IMG/VR virus record: IMGVR_UViG_3300009187_000024
From: an uncultured virus (IMG/VR IMGVR_UViG_3300009187_000024)
Taxonomy: Duplodnaviria > Heunggongvirae > Uroviricota > Caudoviricetes
Length of the DNA stretch: 64,000 nucleotides
Direction: 5' to 3' (one strand)
The number at the start of each line of letters is the position of its first letter. Position 1 is the first letter of the stretch. Of the stretch, positions 31,544-41,407 are shown piece by piece. The notes beneath the pieces are model-generated. The model did not search any database. It was not told where the DNA came from and saw only the letters and a list, made by a program, of their open reading frames with translations. The position numbers were made by a program, and so were the translations under genes.

Positions 31544-31570
31544 GATAAATACTGGTTGCTTCTATTTATA
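31544..31570. promoter_or_regulatory. Crossed divergent T4-type late promoters: GATAAATA (+, 31544-31551) and TATAAATA (-, 31563-31570)
   Basis: Both motifs lie in the 56-bp gap between divergent gp48 and gp4 and match the gp55 consensus TATAAATA. Confidence 0.7.
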
Positions 31571-31584
31571 ATGAAATTGAGAAG

Positions 31585-32028
31585 ATGGCAAAGTACACAC
31601 AAGGCTATTTCAAACCAAGAAACCCGAAAAAATACAAAGGCGACCCAACCAATATCGTGTATCGATCTAGTTGGGAGCTTCGCTTGATGACTCATTTTGA
31701 TCAGCATCAGGATGTCGTATGGTGGAAGTCAGAAGAGACAATCATACCTTATCGTTCACCAGTCGATGGAAAAATGCATCGATATTTCCCGGATTTTCTT
31801 ATAAATACAAAGAACAGACAGGGATTGAGCGAGACGATGCTGATCGAAGTCAAACCGAAAGCGCAGACAGTCGAGCCTAAGAAAAAATCAACGGTGACGA
31901 AGCGATACCTGAATGAAGTCTTTACATGGGGAGTTAACTCCGCCAAGTGGGCAGCTGCTGAAGAATATTGTAAAGACAAAGGCTGGAACTTCGTCATCAT
32001 GACAGAGAAAGAAATCTACGGTAAATGA
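31585..32028 (+). CDS. gp4: Head completion nuclease gp4
   Basis: PKKYKGDPTNIVYRSSWE...HRYFPDF...IEVKP. Confidence 0.92.
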   Translation: MAKYTQGYFKPRNPKKYKGDPTNIVYRSSWELRLMTHFDQHQDVVWWKSEETIIPYRSPVDGKMHRYFPDFLINTKNRQGLSETMLIEVKPKAQTVEPKKKSTVTKRYLNEVFTWGVNSAKWAAAEEYCKDKGWNFVIMTEKEIYGK

Positions 32029-32621
32029 CCGCATACATTTTTCAACAACTATCGCAGCGCGGCAAAGCAGAAGGTATAGACAGGTCTGATGTAGAAGAAG
32101 CGCGCGAATGGTTTAGACAGGCTGCGCTGGATGTTCGCACCGTCAACCGTCGCCGAATGATGAATGACAAAAAGAACATCAAGACTGTTCTGGATCAGAA
32201 GTCTATTGGCAAAATGTATACGTTCTTCTACGATCCAAAACACAAACAGACACTTCCTTACTACGATTTGTTTCCACTGATTTTTCTTGTTGATTTCAAA
32301 GACAACGGATTTTTAGGAATCAATCTACATTATCTCCCGCCTGTATTGCGCGCGAAACTTATGGATGCTCTGTATCAGATCGTAAACAATACCAAGCATA
32401 ACGATACAACAAAGTTGAAGATCTCTTATCAAGTCTTGGCTTCCGCATCTAAATATCGTTGGTTCAAGCCATGTCTGAAACATTATCTTTGGGATCATGT
32501 CGCGAGTAACTACCTAAATATTGAACCTACCAACTGGGATTCCGCGCTGATGCTACCGACAGAACAATTTAGAAAAGCGACCAAGGAAAAAGTCTGGCGC
32601 GAGTCGAGAGAGATGATCTAA
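32025..32621 (+). CDS. gp2: DNA end protector protein gp2
   Basis: YDPKHKQTLPYYDLFPL...GINLHYLPP. Confidence 0.92.
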   Translation: MTAYIFQQLSQRGKAEGIDRSDVEEAREWFRQAALDVRTVNRRRMMNDKKNIKTVLDQKSIGKMYTFFYDPKHKQTLPYYDLFPLIFLVDFKDNGFLGINLHYLPPVLRAKLMDALYQIVNNTKHNDTTKLKISYQVLASASKYRWFKPCLKHYLWDHVASNYLNIEPTNWDSALMLPTEQFRKATKEKVWRESREMI

Positions 32622-33358
32622 TGTTCAACATCGCAAGATTTTCGGCTCACATAAATAATAGTGGAACTGTCCAAACTAACAAGTTCATTGTAAGAATCCC
32701 ACCGCCCATAATTTTGCAAAATGGGTTCGAAGTGGTACAAAGATCAATCGAATACAGAGCGAACTCAGTAAAAGTTCCCGGAGTCGATCTAGACACTCAA
32801 AACGTTTCGCGTTATGGTGTGGGTCCATCACAGAAATTCCCAACCAATGTAAACTTCACGGACGTTGATATCAACTTCCTCGATAACAATAACAATGCTT
32901 TTTGGAAATACTTTGCGAAATGGATGAATGGGATATTTGACTATACTGGGGTGAGTGGAGGAAGTCAGCCTAGCTATAAAGTTGAATACAAACAGTACTA
33001 TCAGACAGATATTCAAATATTTGTTTTTGATAATGCTGGTCGTCAAACCAACGCTATCATTTTGAAAGAAGCTTTTCCGATTTCGTTGAGTGATGTTAGT
33101 TTGTCTTGGAGCGAAAATAATCGCCTGTATGAATTCAGTGTAAGATTTTCATTCAAAGAATGGTTTTACAGTGGTTACGACATGGGTGTATATGAATCTG
33201 GTGCAACTATAGGTCCTGGTCAAACAGCACAAGTAGTTCCGCAAAGAACTGAATCGCCTAGACCACCAACAGGTGTCAATCAAGCAGTTGGAAATGAAGG
33301 TTTTATTGGTCTAAATGGCGAAGTATCACCGACACCAGTATTCCAAACAGGATCATAA
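32621..33358 (+). CDS. gp54: Baseplate tail tube initiator gp54 (gp19 fold)
   Basis: NKFIV, ANSVKVPG, EAFPISLS..LSW; synteny with gp2 and gp26. Confidence 0.75.
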   Translation: MFNIARFSAHINNSGTVQTNKFIVRIPPPIILQNGFEVVQRSIEYRANSVKVPGVDLDTQNVSRYGVGPSQKFPTNVNFTDVDINFLDNNNNAFWKYFAKWMNGIFDYTGVSGGSQPSYKVEYKQYYQTDIQIFVFDNAGRQTNAIILKEAFPISLSDVSLSWSENNRLYEFSVRFSFKEWFYSGYDMGVYESGATIGPGQTAQVVPQRTESPRPPTGVNQAVGNEGFIGLNGEVSPTPVFQTGS

Positions 33359-33380
33359 ACATTAACAATGGAGATACATT

Positions 33381-34103
33381 ATGCCACTACCTAAAATCAA
33401 ACACCCAATTTACGAATTTCATATTCCATCATCTGGTTTCGATCGTAAGAAAGTAGAACCTTTCCGCCCGTTCCTAGTCAAGGAAGAGAAGCTTCTGTTG
33501 ATGGCTAAGGCATCGGAAGATTCAGGTGACATGCTCAGAGCAATCAAGCAAGTCGTAAACAACTGCGCTATCAATGATTCATTTGATGTTGATAAGCTGG
33601 CTATTTTCGATCTAGAGTATCTCTTCATTCAGCTGAGATCTGTGTCTGTCAATAACGTCGTGAAGGTTTCTTACCGAGACAACGAAGATCAAGAGCTATA
33701 CAATTTTGAAATTGATCTGAAAGAAATCGAAGTCAAGTTCCCGGAAAAGGTTGAGAGGGTCGTAAAGATCACCGACGACATGGGAATTCAGATGCGTTAT
33801 CCGCCAGCATCTTTGTTTGATGACAAAGAGTTTTTGAAATCAGGCGACGATGCATTTTACGAATTGATTGTTCGTTGTATCGATAAGATCTACGACGGTG
33901 ACGATATCTTCGATCCATCAGACTACACCAAGAAAGAAATAGAACAATTCCTTGACGATGTCGGTGTTGATGTTTTTCAAAAGATACAAGACTTTATGTC
34001 CAATGTTCCCAAGTTGTATTACAAGATCGAATACAAAAACAAGAATGGAAACAATAGGGTGATTGAGCTAACAACGCTCTCAGATTTTTTTACGTTGGAT
34101 TGA
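33381..34103 (+). CDS. gp26: Baseplate hub assembly protein gp26
   Basis: MPLPKI, FRPFLVKEEKLLL, FDLEYLFIQLRSVSV, C-terminal LSDFF. Confidence 0.9.
   Translation: MPLPKIKHPIYEFHIPSSGFDRKKVEPFRPFLVKEEKLLLMAKASEDSGDMLRAIKQVVNNCAINDSFDVDKLAIFDLEYLFIQLRSVSVNNVVKVSYRDNEDQELYNFEIDLKEIEVKFPEKVERVVKITDDMGIQMRYPPASLFDDKEFLKSGDDAFYELIVRCIDKIYDGDDIFDPSDYTKKEIEQFLDDVGVDVFQKIQDFMSNVPKLYYKIEYKNKNGNNRVIELTTLSDFFTLD
34085..34091 (+). promoter_or_regulatory. Candidate -1 ribosomal slippery heptamer T TTT TTT
   Basis: Phased X XXY YYZ in the gp26 frame; the -1 frame runs open into gp51. Confidence 0.6.
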
Positions 34104-34273
34104 ACCATAATACTCTAGAGAATTACTACGTTTCCATATTCTCGCTGGTTCAACACCATAAATATTCTGTTGCAGATATTGAAAATCTTTATCCTTTCGA
34201 ACGTGACATCTTTGTTGAAATGCTCCTGCAATATCTAAAAGAGCTTGAAGAGCACAGGAGAAAAAATGCCTAG
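34100..34273 (+). CDS. gp51: gp51-like baseplate hub assembly catalyst (missing from the ORF track; probably made as a gp26 frameshift fusion)
   Basis: LNHNTLENYYVSIFSLVQHHKYSVADIENLYPFERDIFVEMLLQYLKE. There is no ATG at its 5' end. Confidence 0.8.
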   Translation: MNHNTLENYYVSIFSLVQHHKYSVADIENLYPFERDIFVEMLLQYLKELEEHRRKNA

Positions 34274-34727
34274 ATTTGCAACACCGGATCCGGATGACGA
34301 CAATAGTTTCCCAAGACCTGCGCAGGATGAAGTGAGAGCGATCAATAACTCATCTCGAATTCCTGTGGGTACTTTTGGTTCATCTCAAACGCAGATGAAC
34401 CCAGCAGTCGGTCTGGCTCAGGCTGAGATCGATGCTATGATAGCAAAAGATCAGATAGCAAAACAAAACGATCACTGGGCTAAAACATATTGGCGTCCGG
34501 CGATGGGTTGGCTGTATATGGCTATCTGCGCATTTGATTTTATAATATTTCCGCTTCTCTCTATTATCCTACCGATATTCAGAAATGTTGTTGGTGTGGA
34601 TTTCCCATACACAACCTGGCAGCCTTTGACTTTGTCTAGTGGTGGTTTGATTCATATGGCATTCGGCGCTATTCTTGGTGTAGCTGCTTGGACACGCGGT
34701 CAAGAAAAGATTGCAGGTAGATCGTAA
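34266..34727 (+). CDS. Holin-like membrane protein (GTA 3TM holin family)
   Basis: WRPAMGWLYMAICAFDFIIFP...ILGVAAWTRGQEK; SD AGGAG precedes the ATG at 34266. Confidence 0.7.
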   Translation: MPRFATPDPDDDNSFPRPAQDEVRAINNSSRIPVGTFGSSQTQMNPAVGLAQAEIDAMIAKDQIAKQNDHWAKTYWRPAMGWLYMAICAFDFIIFPLLSIILPIFRNVVGVDFPYTTWQPLTLSSGGLIHMAFGAILGVAAWTRGQEKIAGRS

Positions 34728-37507
34728 TGGCAAAAAGAGCTCTACCGGCAGCAAATAGAGTAACATCAATTGCTAGTGGAGCTGCGCGTGCAGCAACGAG
34801 ACTTGGGTCTGCTGCGTTCAATAAAATGTTTCCTACGCTTGGTAGGATTCTAAATAAAAGTTCTGGTTCTAAAACTGACAGAGAAGAGTACGATTCTAAA
34901 AGAACTAGAACATCGTTGAATGCTTCGTTCAGCAAAAACAACGATACATTCAATGCGATTATTGACGCGCAAAGTAAACAAAATCAATTACTAGAACAGA
35001 TTCTGTCTGGTCTGAAAAGATCATCTAATCCTCAGTCAGCTTCATTATTGCCTGGGCTGTTGGGTGGTGGAGAAAACGACGGACCGAATATTCCTGATCT
35101 ACCTGGATTAGATAGACCAGAACGCCGTCAAAAACCAACAGCAAGAACTAGATCTCCTAGATCTCGCTGGTCTAGATTTATGAGATTTCTACGTAGAAGA
35201 GCGCCTGCGATATTCGCCAGAATAGGAGCTAGATTAGCTACGAGTGCGGGGTTAGCTACGGTTCCTATTGCTGGTTGGCTTGTCGCAGCAGTTACTATCG
35301 GTCTCGCTGTTTCGGATGTTTATGCTCTGTATCAACTTTGGCAAGAGTTTAATTCTTTACCTGAAAACGAACAAGACGACGATGAAGATGAAGATCAAAC
35401 TCCAGCGCCACCTCCACCGAGCCCAGAAGAACTGGCAACTGCTGAGCGTCAGCAAGAAGCTACTAGAGAAAATCTTGGCGACGTTAGCCAGATGGGTGAT
35501 ACACAAAATGTCACTCCATCAGAACAACCTGTACTCGATGCGCAAAGACAACGTTCTGAGGAAAGAAGAGAGCAGGCTGGTCTTACGGAAAATCTAGAAG
35601 ATCCCGAAAGACAAAGAATAATGGAAAGGCTAGCTCGAGCGAGAGAGTTAGCAAACAGACCAGGTCAAAATGGCGTTGCTGCGCGAAATTCTATTCCTAG
35701 AATAGAAGCAGAATTAGAAAGACACAACGCAAGAAATCCTATTTCCCAGGAAGACGCGTCTAGAATTCAACAACCATCGGCTCCAGTAACAGTAAATCAA
35801 CCAGCAGCACCAACGAATCCGCCGGTTGTAGCAGCTCCACCTGCATCTGTAGCAGCTCCAGGATTATCTGAACCGTCAGCTACGCCAGCAACAAAAGAAC
35901 CAGTTGTAGTACCAGCACCAGCATCGCCAGCTGCAACACCGGTAGCAGCAGAGCCACCAACCAAACCACCAGCTCCAGCTGCTCCAGCAACAACTGAACT
36001 ACCAGCTGCGAAACCAGTAGTAGAGCCTCCACCTGCACCAGAGACAACATCTCAACCAGCTGCAGTGCCGGTAGTAACACAACCAATAACTCCAGCTGCC
36101 GAGCCAGCAGTAAAAGCCCCATCGACTGCAACTCCAGTAGTAACTCCACCTGTTACACCATCAGCTCCAGCTGGTCCGCGCGAAACGCCAACAGAAATAC
36201 AAACAGAATATGAGACGGACGAAGAAGAAGTTCCAATGATGGAACTTGAAGTCTCAGCTGATAGAGAAACTGGTGCGCAATCGTCAAGATGGAATGTATT
36301 AGAAAAAAATGCTGGCAAACCATCGAAGCAAGCCGAGCTTCCTGAGGCATTCAATGCTATAAGACTTGAGGGTAACACTCTTATCTATGATTTTGATAAA
36401 ATTCGTTACGAAGCGGGTCTTATCAAGTTTGAAGGCGAAGGTGCTACGTCAAAACCAGCTGCTTCTCCTGTAAATAGACCAAGCCCATCCGGAGCTCCAC
36501 CACCACCTCCGCCTCCCGCGAGCGTGAATAGAGCGCCACCTGCTGGTTCTTCTGGAACTGACGCAACTCCAATCAGCGCAGGTCCTGCGTCTGCAACTAC
36601 TGGTGGCGGTAATGCAACTGGAACCGACACCGCTTCGATAAGTGCAGGTCCAGCTTCGGCTCCTACTGGTGGAGGAAACGCTACAGGTACTGACACTGCA
36701 CCAATCAGTGCAGGTCCAGCTTCTGCTCCTACAGGCGGAGGCAATGCGACTCGTGTAAATGCTCCTTCTGTAACATCAACCGGAGGAGCAACTCCATCAT
36801 TCTCTGGTGGCGATCAGCAGGCTATGGAAATGATAAAGAGACATGAAGGAAAAAGAAACGCTCCATACAGAGATAGTCTGGGATTATGGACAGTCGGCTA
36901 CGGTCACCTGATAGGAGACGGTAGATCGCTACCAGCTGAATGGAACAGAACGTTCTCAGATCAAGAAATAGATGCCTTGTTTGCACAAGATTATGCGAAA
37001 CACAAACAGGCTGCCGAGAGAATACCTGGTTTTGAAAAGGCAAACGACACAGGAAAAGCTGCTATCATCGATCTAACATTCAACATGGGTCCCGCATGGT
37101 TTAGAAGATTTCCGAACGCATCGGCTGCTTTGGCAAGAGGTGATTTTGAAACGTTCGCGAATGAAATGCAAAACTCTCTTTGGTTCCGACAGGTTGGTAG
37201 AAGAGGTCCAACGATCGTAGCTATGCTTAGAGCTGGTAGTAGTGGAGGAGCACAAACAGCTGCAACACAAACGCCAGCTGCACCTTCTTCAGGAGGTAGC
37301 GTTGCTCAGGCATCGACAGAAAGAGTTACAGCTGGTAGAGAACAAACTATGAGCTCGCAACGTATGGTTTCTAACTTCAATCAACAATCGACTCAGAGAG
37401 AACAAACAGGTAAGCCCTCGCAAACATCTGTTTCCCAGAACGTCGGCGAAATTCCTCTGAGAGTAAGAATGCTTTCTACATTCAATCAACTAGCGCAGGC
37501 GTCATAA
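34727..37507 (+). CDS. Tape-measure/hub-like Pro/Ala-rich virion protein with C-terminal GH24 (T4-type) lysozyme
   Basis: IKRHEG...YRDSLGLWTVGYGHL (E-x8-D-x5-T catalytic pattern), TFNMG, SLWFRQVGRR; one hydrophobic segment near the N-terminus. Confidence 0.75.
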   Translation: MAKRALPAANRVTSIASGAARAATRLGSAAFNKMFPTLGRILNKSSGSKTDREEYDSKRTRTSLNASFSKNNDTFNAIIDAQSKQNQLLEQILSGLKRSSNPQSASLLPGLLGGGENDGPNIPDLPGLDRPERRQKPTARTRSPRSRWSRFMRFLRRRAPAIFARIGARLATSAGLATVPIAGWLVAAVTIGLAVSDVYALYQLWQEFNSLPENEQDDDEDEDQTPAPPPPSPEELATAERQQEATRENLGDVSQMGDTQNVTPSEQPVLDAQRQRSEERREQAGLTENLEDPERQRIMERLARARELANRPGQNGVAARNSIPRIEAELERHNARNPISQEDASRIQQPSAPVTVNQPAAPTNPPVVAAPPASVAAPGLSEPSATPATKEPVVVPAPASPAATPVAAEPPTKPPAPAAPATTELPAAKPVVEPPPAPETTSQPAAVPVVTQPITPAAEPAVKAPSTATPVVTPPVTPSAPAGPRETPTEIQTEYETDEEEVPMMELEVSADRETGAQSSRWNVLEKNAGKPSKQAELPEAFNAIRLEGNTLIYDFDKIRYEAGLIKFEGEGATSKPAASPVNRPSPSGAPPPPPPPASVNRAPPAGSSGTDATPISAGPASATTGGGNATGTDTASISAGPASAPTGGGNATGTDTAPISAGPASAPTGGGNATRVNAPSVTSTGGATPSFSGGDQQAMEMIKRHEGKRNAPYRDSLGLWTVGYGHLIGDGRSLPAEWNRTFSDQEIDALFAQDYAKHKQAAERIPGFEKANDTGKAAIIDLTFNMGPAWFRRFPNASAALARGDFETFANEMQNSLWFRQVGRRGPTIVAMLRAGSSGGAQTAATQTPAAPSSGGSVAQASTERVTAGREQTMSSQRMVSNFNQQSTQREQTGKPSQTSVSQNVGEIPLRVRMLSTFNQLAQAS
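36554..36751 (+). repeat. 3 x 66-bp tandem repeat encoding GTD(A/T)xxISAGPASAxTGGGNAT
   Basis: Visible in the translation; the DNA copies differ at synonymous positions. Confidence 0.85.
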
Positions 37508-37508
37508 A

Positions 37509-40400
37509 ATGGCAAATACAAGTAATATGTCCTCGGAAACTGCAAGAAGAATGGCAATGGGTTTGTCTCCTTCTACCTTTAGAAGAGAAAGTGGCAAGGT
37601 TACAGAAAACGATATTCAAGAATTTCTCGCAGAGACCAGAGCTATGGTTTCAAAAAGAATGTCTGCCGACGAAGTCGAAGATTTTATGTACGATTTCGAA
37701 AAAAGAACACGTGCAGAAAATCCAATCAAACAACCTGTAAAGAAACCAAAAAGAGGTAGAAAAAAACTACCAACCAAACCAAAAATCGATTTGGGTGATT
37801 CGGTTGTTATTGTCGATAAAAACGAAAATGTTAGCACTGTTGTTCCTGCAGAAGCAAAACCTCAGGGAAACGTTCCGTTAGAGGCTAAGACGCAAGAACG
37901 TCAAAGCGATCGTCAAAGTTTCAAAGGAATGGCGAAATCTGGAGTTCTAGGTTTAGGTTCTGCAGCATTCAATAAAATGTTTCCGACTCTCGGTAAAGGA
38001 TTGGATACTCTAAAAAGCAGATTAGAAAAACAAGAGAAAAACACAGCAGACAACAACACTGCGAACAAATCTTATTCGCGTCAAGTCGAACGTTCTTCGA
38101 TTTTCCTCAATACTATGTCGGAAAATCTGAATAAAACAAACGACATATTACAACAGATATTGGCTGTTGTAAACAGAAATGCAACGAATAATCAAGTGCC
38201 TGCTGCAGCTGGTGGTTTGGGAGGGATCCCTAACATCGATTTACCAGATGGAAACAGAGGTGGGTCGCAACAGAGAAGAACCCAAACCGTACCAGATACT
38301 TCTCCTCGCGCAAAACCTAGAATGAGTCTCGGTAGAGCAGGTATGTTTGGCGGAATTGCTGCAGGCGTAGCTGGTTTGGGAGCTTGGGCATATAGTGCTT
38401 TCAGTGGTCGTGGAGAAGACAATGCACAACCAGAACCTCCGCAAGCTGCGCAACCAGTACCACAGGATGCACCACCAGCATCAAAACCAACCCCGCAGGC
38501 TACACCGTCAGTATCTCAGTCACCACCTGCAGCTGCTCCCGGAACAGAATACGATATCACAACTGGAGCTCCGATTGGCGCACCAGCTGCTAGAGTGCAA
38601 ACACCACCACAAGCTGCCACACCAGCAGCTACACCAACGCCAGCTACGACCGAATTGACTCCGAGACAAAGAGGTATGGTCGATAGATTTTTGAGAAGTA
38701 AACAACTACAGGAAGATCAAACCGCTAGGGAACTTGCAGAAAATATTGTTACAAGAATAAGACAAACTAACAGTTTAAGCTTAGATGAGCGTAGTTTAGA
38801 CAGCAATTATACGAGAATAAGAATTGGTCAATCGCCCATAGGTATGTTGATCGCACACCAACCCGTAATACCTGGTCAAATATTCACTAGCAATCAAATG
38901 CGCGCTATTGGAGATGGTATTATGATGAACGGCAGGCAACATTATCCAGCCGTTGTTTTAGAACAATACGATAGACAAAAAAACGGAAACGCTACGCCAG
39001 AACCAGCAGCTGCGCCAGCACCGGATAGCGCGACTACAGCGCAACCTTCAACGAATGAAGTAGCTGCATCAGAATCTAGACCTGGTATTAGAATAGGTAG
39101 AGAAATAGGTGAATCTTCAAGAGTAGCTGCCCCACCACCAACTGCTACAACACCAGCGCCAGTAGTACCACCAGCTGGAAACGAGACAGAAGATCAAATA
39201 TACAACAGACTACTACAAGAGCAACCGGAAAACTTCAGAAACAATATTGATGTTCAGAACGATGCTAGAGCTGAAGCAAGGCTGAGAGCTAGAGCGAGAC
39301 AAGCTTCACAAACAGCCACTCCAGTTTCAGCACCACCAGGACCGGTTACAGAACAAACAGCAACTCCTGAAGCTTCTGGTGCTGTAAACCCTATGACTGA
39401 TCCGAGTGGATTCAACGCACGTATTCTGAATGTTCGAGCTCAAGAGATATTATTCAAAGCTGATAAGTTTGAATATTCAGAAGGGTTTCAGTTAGCTACT
39501 GGTTCGCCAACTCCTACTCCTGGTCCTGCTGCCGGTGCTGAAGGACCTTCCTCCGCTGGCGGTGCAACTCCTGGTCCTACTCCAGCAGCGACTACAGGTA
39601 TGGCTAGTGCAGCTTCACCAGCAGGTGTACCTGGAGTTACACAAATCGGATCAGCCAATATCACTGGTCTTGATTTCGCAGCTGGCGTTGATCAGAGAAT
39701 CAACCCTGGTATCGCAGATAAGACGAAAGAAATCCAATCTGCTTTCGGTAAGAAGCTAACCGTGACGAGCGGATTCAGAGACCCAGCTAGAAATGCCAGA
39801 GTCGGTGGTGCAGGTGGTTCAAAACATCTGACCGCTGATGCTGTCGACGTTCAGTTTCCTGGTAACCAACAGGAAACCATTGATCTTATCAAGGTGGCTT
39901 CCGAAAAAGGTGCTGGTGGTATCGGCGTATACAGACCTGGTTTCTTGCATATAGATACCGGAGCAAAACGCGTATGGGGTCCGGATTATAAAGCAACGAG
40001 CATACCTGATTGGGCTAAACCCGCTCTTGATGAACATATGGGTAAACCTGCCTCTAAAGCAGGAGGTGGAGCGGCTGCGGGTGGAGGGGAAACTGCAAGC
40101 CCAATGCCAGGCGGTCAGCAACAAGCCGCAGCTGGAGCAGCATCTCCTTCAGCGCCAGCGGCAACTCCAGAGCCTTCAATGCCTTCTTCTGGAGCGGCAA
40201 TGTCTTCGGCTTCTGTTGCTGATGAAACAGCTTCCAGACCAAGCGCAGGACCAACAGCACCACCACCTGATACAACAGCACCTATAACCGCAGCGCCACA
40301 GAGTCCGAGCCTACCAGGCATTGATCCTAATAATCCAGGATCTGTTGAACCTGCGGATGCTGGAATACGTTACTCAAGATTGTTCAACATCGCGGCATAA
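37509..40400 (+). CDS. Second tape-measure/hub-like Pro/Ala-rich protein with a peptidase M15 domain
   Basis: VTSGFRD...N.RVGGA..SKH...AVD...FLHID (Zn ligands H, D, H). Confidence 0.75.
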   Translation: MANTSNMSSETARRMAMGLSPSTFRRESGKVTENDIQEFLAETRAMVSKRMSADEVEDFMYDFEKRTRAENPIKQPVKKPKRGRKKLPTKPKIDLGDSVVIVDKNENVSTVVPAEAKPQGNVPLEAKTQERQSDRQSFKGMAKSGVLGLGSAAFNKMFPTLGKGLDTLKSRLEKQEKNTADNNTANKSYSRQVERSSIFLNTMSENLNKTNDILQQILAVVNRNATNNQVPAAAGGLGGIPNIDLPDGNRGGSQQRRTQTVPDTSPRAKPRMSLGRAGMFGGIAAGVAGLGAWAYSAFSGRGEDNAQPEPPQAAQPVPQDAPPASKPTPQATPSVSQSPPAAAPGTEYDITTGAPIGAPAARVQTPPQAATPAATPTPATTELTPRQRGMVDRFLRSKQLQEDQTARELAENIVTRIRQTNSLSLDERSLDSNYTRIRIGQSPIGMLIAHQPVIPGQIFTSNQMRAIGDGIMMNGRQHYPAVVLEQYDRQKNGNATPEPAAAPAPDSATTAQPSTNEVAASESRPGIRIGREIGESSRVAAPPPTATTPAPVVPPAGNETEDQIYNRLLQEQPENFRNNIDVQNDARAEARLRARARQASQTATPVSAPPGPVTEQTATPEASGAVNPMTDPSGFNARILNVRAQEILFKADKFEYSEGFQLATGSPTPTPGPAAGAEGPSSAGGATPGPTPAATTGMASAASPAGVPGVTQIGSANITGLDFAAGVDQRINPGIADKTKEIQSAFGKKLTVTSGFRDPARNARVGGAGGSKHLTADAVDVQFPGNQQETIDLIKVASEKGAGGIGVYRPGFLHIDTGAKRVWGPDYKATSIPDWAKPALDEHMGKPASKAGGGAAAGGGETASPMPGGQQQAAAGAASPSAPAATPEPSMPSSGAAMSSASVADETASRPSAGPTAPPPDTTAPITAAPQSPSLPGIDPNNPGSVEPADAGIRYSRLFNIAA

Positions 40401-40451
40401 AAAAAGACGCCGAACAACTACTTTCGAAAAAAGTAGCCGAACGGCGTCTTC
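40399..40451. terminator. Long hairpin terminator between convergent operons
   Basis: AAGACGCCG...CTACTTT-CGAA-AAAGTAG...CGGCGTCTT, with an A-run on the left giving a U-tract for the minus strand. Confidence 0.75.
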
Positions 40452-40471
40452 CCCTGGCAGGACTCTAGAGT

Positions 40472-41407
40472 TTAGGTAGCGAGCTTCTTCAGCTTTGCAA
40501 AGAATGCCGTATCATCATCGTCATCATCGGATGTTGAAGGAGCAGCTGCTGTGCGCTCCTGCTTAGGAGCCTGCCAAGGCAGATCGTCCTCATCTTCAGC
40601 AGGCTTACGAGATGCCGCTGCCGCCCGAGCAGCCGAAGGAGCTACGCTCCCATTATCATTCAGACCCAGAACCTTATTCAGCTTCGCCTTCAGTTCCTCA
40701 TAGGTCTTGAAGTTAGAAGGAGCAAGGAAAGCCTGCAGCGAGTGTTCTTGCTTCCAAACCGACTCCATCTTATCGTCGTCTTCAAAGAGTGGTTCTGCCG
40801 AAGAGAATTCTGACTTATCGTAGTTGCGATAACCATCAACGTTACGAATCTTCAGCTTGAAGTTTGCACCAGTCCAAAGATCGAACGGGTTCATCGGCTT
40901 CTCATCCGCATACTGCGGGTTCATAGCATCGTTCAGCTTGTCGTAGATCTTCTTACCGAACTTGAACAGAAACACCTTACCGTTATTTTCCGGATTAGCC
41001 TGATCCTGAATGATGTAGACATTGGCAATATAATTCATCTTACGCTTCTGAGCACGAGCCTGTTTACGACTCGCGGACTCATCATCGCTGGACATATTCC
41101 AAAGAACGCTGTTCATCTCTGCAACAGGGTCGGTCTTACCGATAGTTGTCAGGCAGTTTTCGATATACCAGCTTCCGGTCGGACCCTTGAAGCCATGCTC
41201 GAACATCCGAATGAACGGAACTTCTTCCTCGCCAGGAGCGGGAAGGAAACGAATAACGGCATAACCGTTACCAGCCTTATCGACGTTAGGATACCAGAAG
41301 CGAGTGTCCTTGCCGCCATCGTTTTGTTGATTCAGCTTTGCCAGTTCTGCTGTCAGCTTCTCAAGAGACTGACCGCCACGCTGAGCCTTGAGTTTTGCAA
41401 AATCCAT
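40472..41407 (-). CDS. gp32: Single-stranded DNA-binding protein gp32
   Basis: DKAGNGYAVIRFLP, WYIENCLTT, FKFGKKI, GANFKLKI, acidic C-terminal tail. Confidence 0.95.
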   Translation of the reverse strand: MDFAKLKAQRGGQSLEKLTAELAKLNQQNDGGKDTRFWYPNVDKAGNGYAVIRFLPAPGEEEVPFIRMFEHGFKGPTGSWYIENCLTTIGKTDPVAEMNSVLWNMSSDDESASRKQARAQKRKMNYIANVYIIQDQANPENNGKVFLFKFGKKIYDKLNDAMNPQYADEKPMNPFDLWTGANFKLKIRNVDGYRNYDKSEFSSAEPLFEDDDKMESVWKQEHSLQAFLAPSNFKTYEELKAKLNKVLGLNDNGSVAPSAARAAAASRKPAEDEDDLPWQAPKQERTAAAPSTSDDDDDDTAFFAKLKKLAT

